From Armatimonadota bacterium (lineage in GTDB: Bacteria > Sysuimicrobiota > Sysuimicrobiia > Sysuimicrobiales > Humicultoraceae): DNA of 20,232 nucleotides. Positions 19,116 to 20,232 of this stretch are shown here, in pieces. The DNA lies in NCBI GenBank assembly GCA_037443365.1, contig JBBIOM010000034.1, positions 1 to 20,232 of the forward strand, read 5' to 3'. Every line of letters starts with the position of its first letter. The stretch's first letter is position 1. A model generated the notes under the pieces. It was not told the origin of the DNA. It was given only the letters and a program-made list of their open reading frames with translations, and made no database searches. The position numbers and the translations under genes are program-made.

Positions 19116-19232
19116 GGGTGACGACTCAAGGTGTTCCTTCTCTATAGAGTCAGCGCGATCAGGGCTCTTGGTGCGCGCGATTCACACGAGCATGATACTA
19201 CATCGCCCGCTCGGCTTCGAGCGGGCGATGGC

Positions 19233-19259
19233 AAACCCCCGCCGCCGGCGGCGGGGCGT
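19233..19259 (-). terminator. Probable intrinsic terminator after rpsI
   Basis: Perfect 20-bp palindrome CCCCGCCGCC/GGCGGCGGGG (19237-19256), ~20 nt after the rpsI stop, followed on the minus strand by GUUU. The short U tract suggests it may be leaky. Confidence 0.6.
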
Positions 19260-19275
19260 GGCGATCCCGGGGACA

Positions 19276-19674
19276 CTAGCGCTTGCTGTACTGTCCGGCC
19301 TTGCGCGCGCGCTTGAGCCCGTACTTCTTGCGCTCCTTCTCCCGCGGGTCACGCGTCAGGAACCCCCCCTTGCGCATGGCCGGGCGCAGCGCATCGTCGG
19401 CCTCGAGCAGCGCCCGCGCGATTCCGTGCCGCACCGCCCCGGCCTGCCCGGAGACTCCGCCTCCGGATACGCTTGCGATCACGTCGAAGCGGTCGTCGGC
19501 ACTCGCCGCCAGCAGCGGCTGGCGGACCATCGTCTGCAGCGGGGACGTCGGGAAGTAGGAACCGAGATCCTTGCCGTTGATCGTGATCCTGCCCGCTCCG
19601 GGGATCAACCTCACCCGCGCGACCGCCGTTTTGCGGCTGCCTGACGTCATCGCAACCACCTGCACACCTGCCAC
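19276..19674 (-). CDS. rpsI: 30S ribosomal protein S9
   Basis: [43 protein letters not shown]-terminal YSKR. Confidence 0.98.
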   Translation of the reverse strand: MAGVQVVAMTSGSRKTAVARVRLIPGAGRITINGKDLGSYFPTSPLQTMVRQPLLAASADDRFDVIASVSGGGVSGQAGAVRHGIARALLEADDALRPAMRKGGFLTRDPREKERKKYGLKRARKAGQYSKR

Positions 19675-19696
19675 GGGGATTCCCTCGCTCCCTCTG

Positions 19697-20125
19697 CTAC
19701 CAGGCCAGGGGCACAGGCTTCTGGGCCTGCTGCCGGTGCGCCGGACCCCGGTAGACCTTGAGTTTCTTGATCAACTGGCGACCCTGCCGGGTCTTGGGCA
19801 GCATCCCCCGGACCGCCTCGGTGATGGCCCGCTCGGGACGCGTCTTCATCAGCACCTCGTAGGAGATCTCCTTCAGGCCACCCGGGTAGCCCGAGTGCCG
19901 GTACCGGCGCTTCTGCTGCAGCTTGCGCCCGGTCAGGCGCACGCCCGCGGCGTTTATGATCACGACGAAGTCACCGACGTCGGCGTGCGGCGTGAAGGTG
20001 GCCTTGTGCTTCCCGCGCAGCAGCGTCGCCACGCGCGTGGCCAGCCGGCCCAGCACCCTACCGTCGGCGTCTATCAGGTGCCAGCGGCGGTCTGTCTCAG
20101 CGGCTGTTGGAATGGCTGTCTTCAT
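19697..20125 (-). CDS. rplM: 50S ribosomal protein L13
   Basis: WHLIDA...LGRLA...[44 protein letters not shown] at 20131-20135. Confidence 0.98.
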   Translation of the reverse strand: MKTAIPTAAETDRRWHLIDADGRVLGRLATRVATLLRGKHKATFTPHADVGDFVVIINAAGVRLTGRKLQQKRRYRHSGYPGGLKEISYEVLMKTRPERAITEAVRGMLPKTRQGRQLIKKLKVYRGPAHRQQAQKPVPLAW

Positions 20126-20193
20126 GCATACCTCCGGCGGGCGTCAAGAACGCCGGGGACCGCGGCGGTCACCCGGCGAGCGAGCCACGGCCT

Positions 20194-20223
20194 AGTCTAA
20201 TATGCACGGAAGAAGGGTGTCAA
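20194..20223 (-). promoter_or_regulatory. Sigma70-type promoter of rplM-rpsI
   Basis: Perfect -35 TTGACA (20223-20218), 18-bp spacer, -10 TAGACT (20199-20194), in a locally AT-richer patch ~70 nt upstream of rplM. Confidence 0.78.
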
Positions 20224-20232
20224 GCGCGCCGG

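Noticed and set aside
19192-19223. Promoter for the cdaA operon (-10-like TATCAT/TAGTAT on the minus strand)
   Set aside because: A plausible -10 exists but there is no convincing -35 or extended -10, so it is not supportable as a feature without TSS data.

Overview
GC-rich bacterial chromosomal window with a Terrabacteria-type gene order; the phylum cannot be fixed from sequence alone. All credible protein genes are on the minus strand. In transcription order (right to left): rplM-rpsI | cdaA - short cdaR - glmM - tagA-family glycosyltransferase - glmS - Trm112-like small protein (missed by the ORF track) - acpS | 323-bp gap | nnr - alr - pxpBC fusion - D-cysteine desulfhydrase-like - DUF2993-like exported protein - class I glutamine amidotransferase (C26) - long nfeD - tsaE - tsaB - rimI - tsaD | CIRCE-controlled groES-groEL. 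The backbone is housekeeping, and no mobile element, CRISPR array, tRNA or rRNA was seen. The most notable unexplained signal is in the acpS-nnr gap: a plus-strand, ~170-nt, highly structured RNA candidate (13131-13300). It has its own near-consensus sigma70 promoter, a 10-bp closing helix and an exactly centred 10-bp GNRA hairpin, and may be a divergent 6S RNA or an undescribed ncRNA. Secondary points are a five-gene insert between alr and tsaE, an Alr with an altered specificity residue near a D-Cys desulfhydrase, an NfeD without a stomatin partner, a one-domain CdaR with an RHK-motif CdaA, and a switch-like rplM leader.
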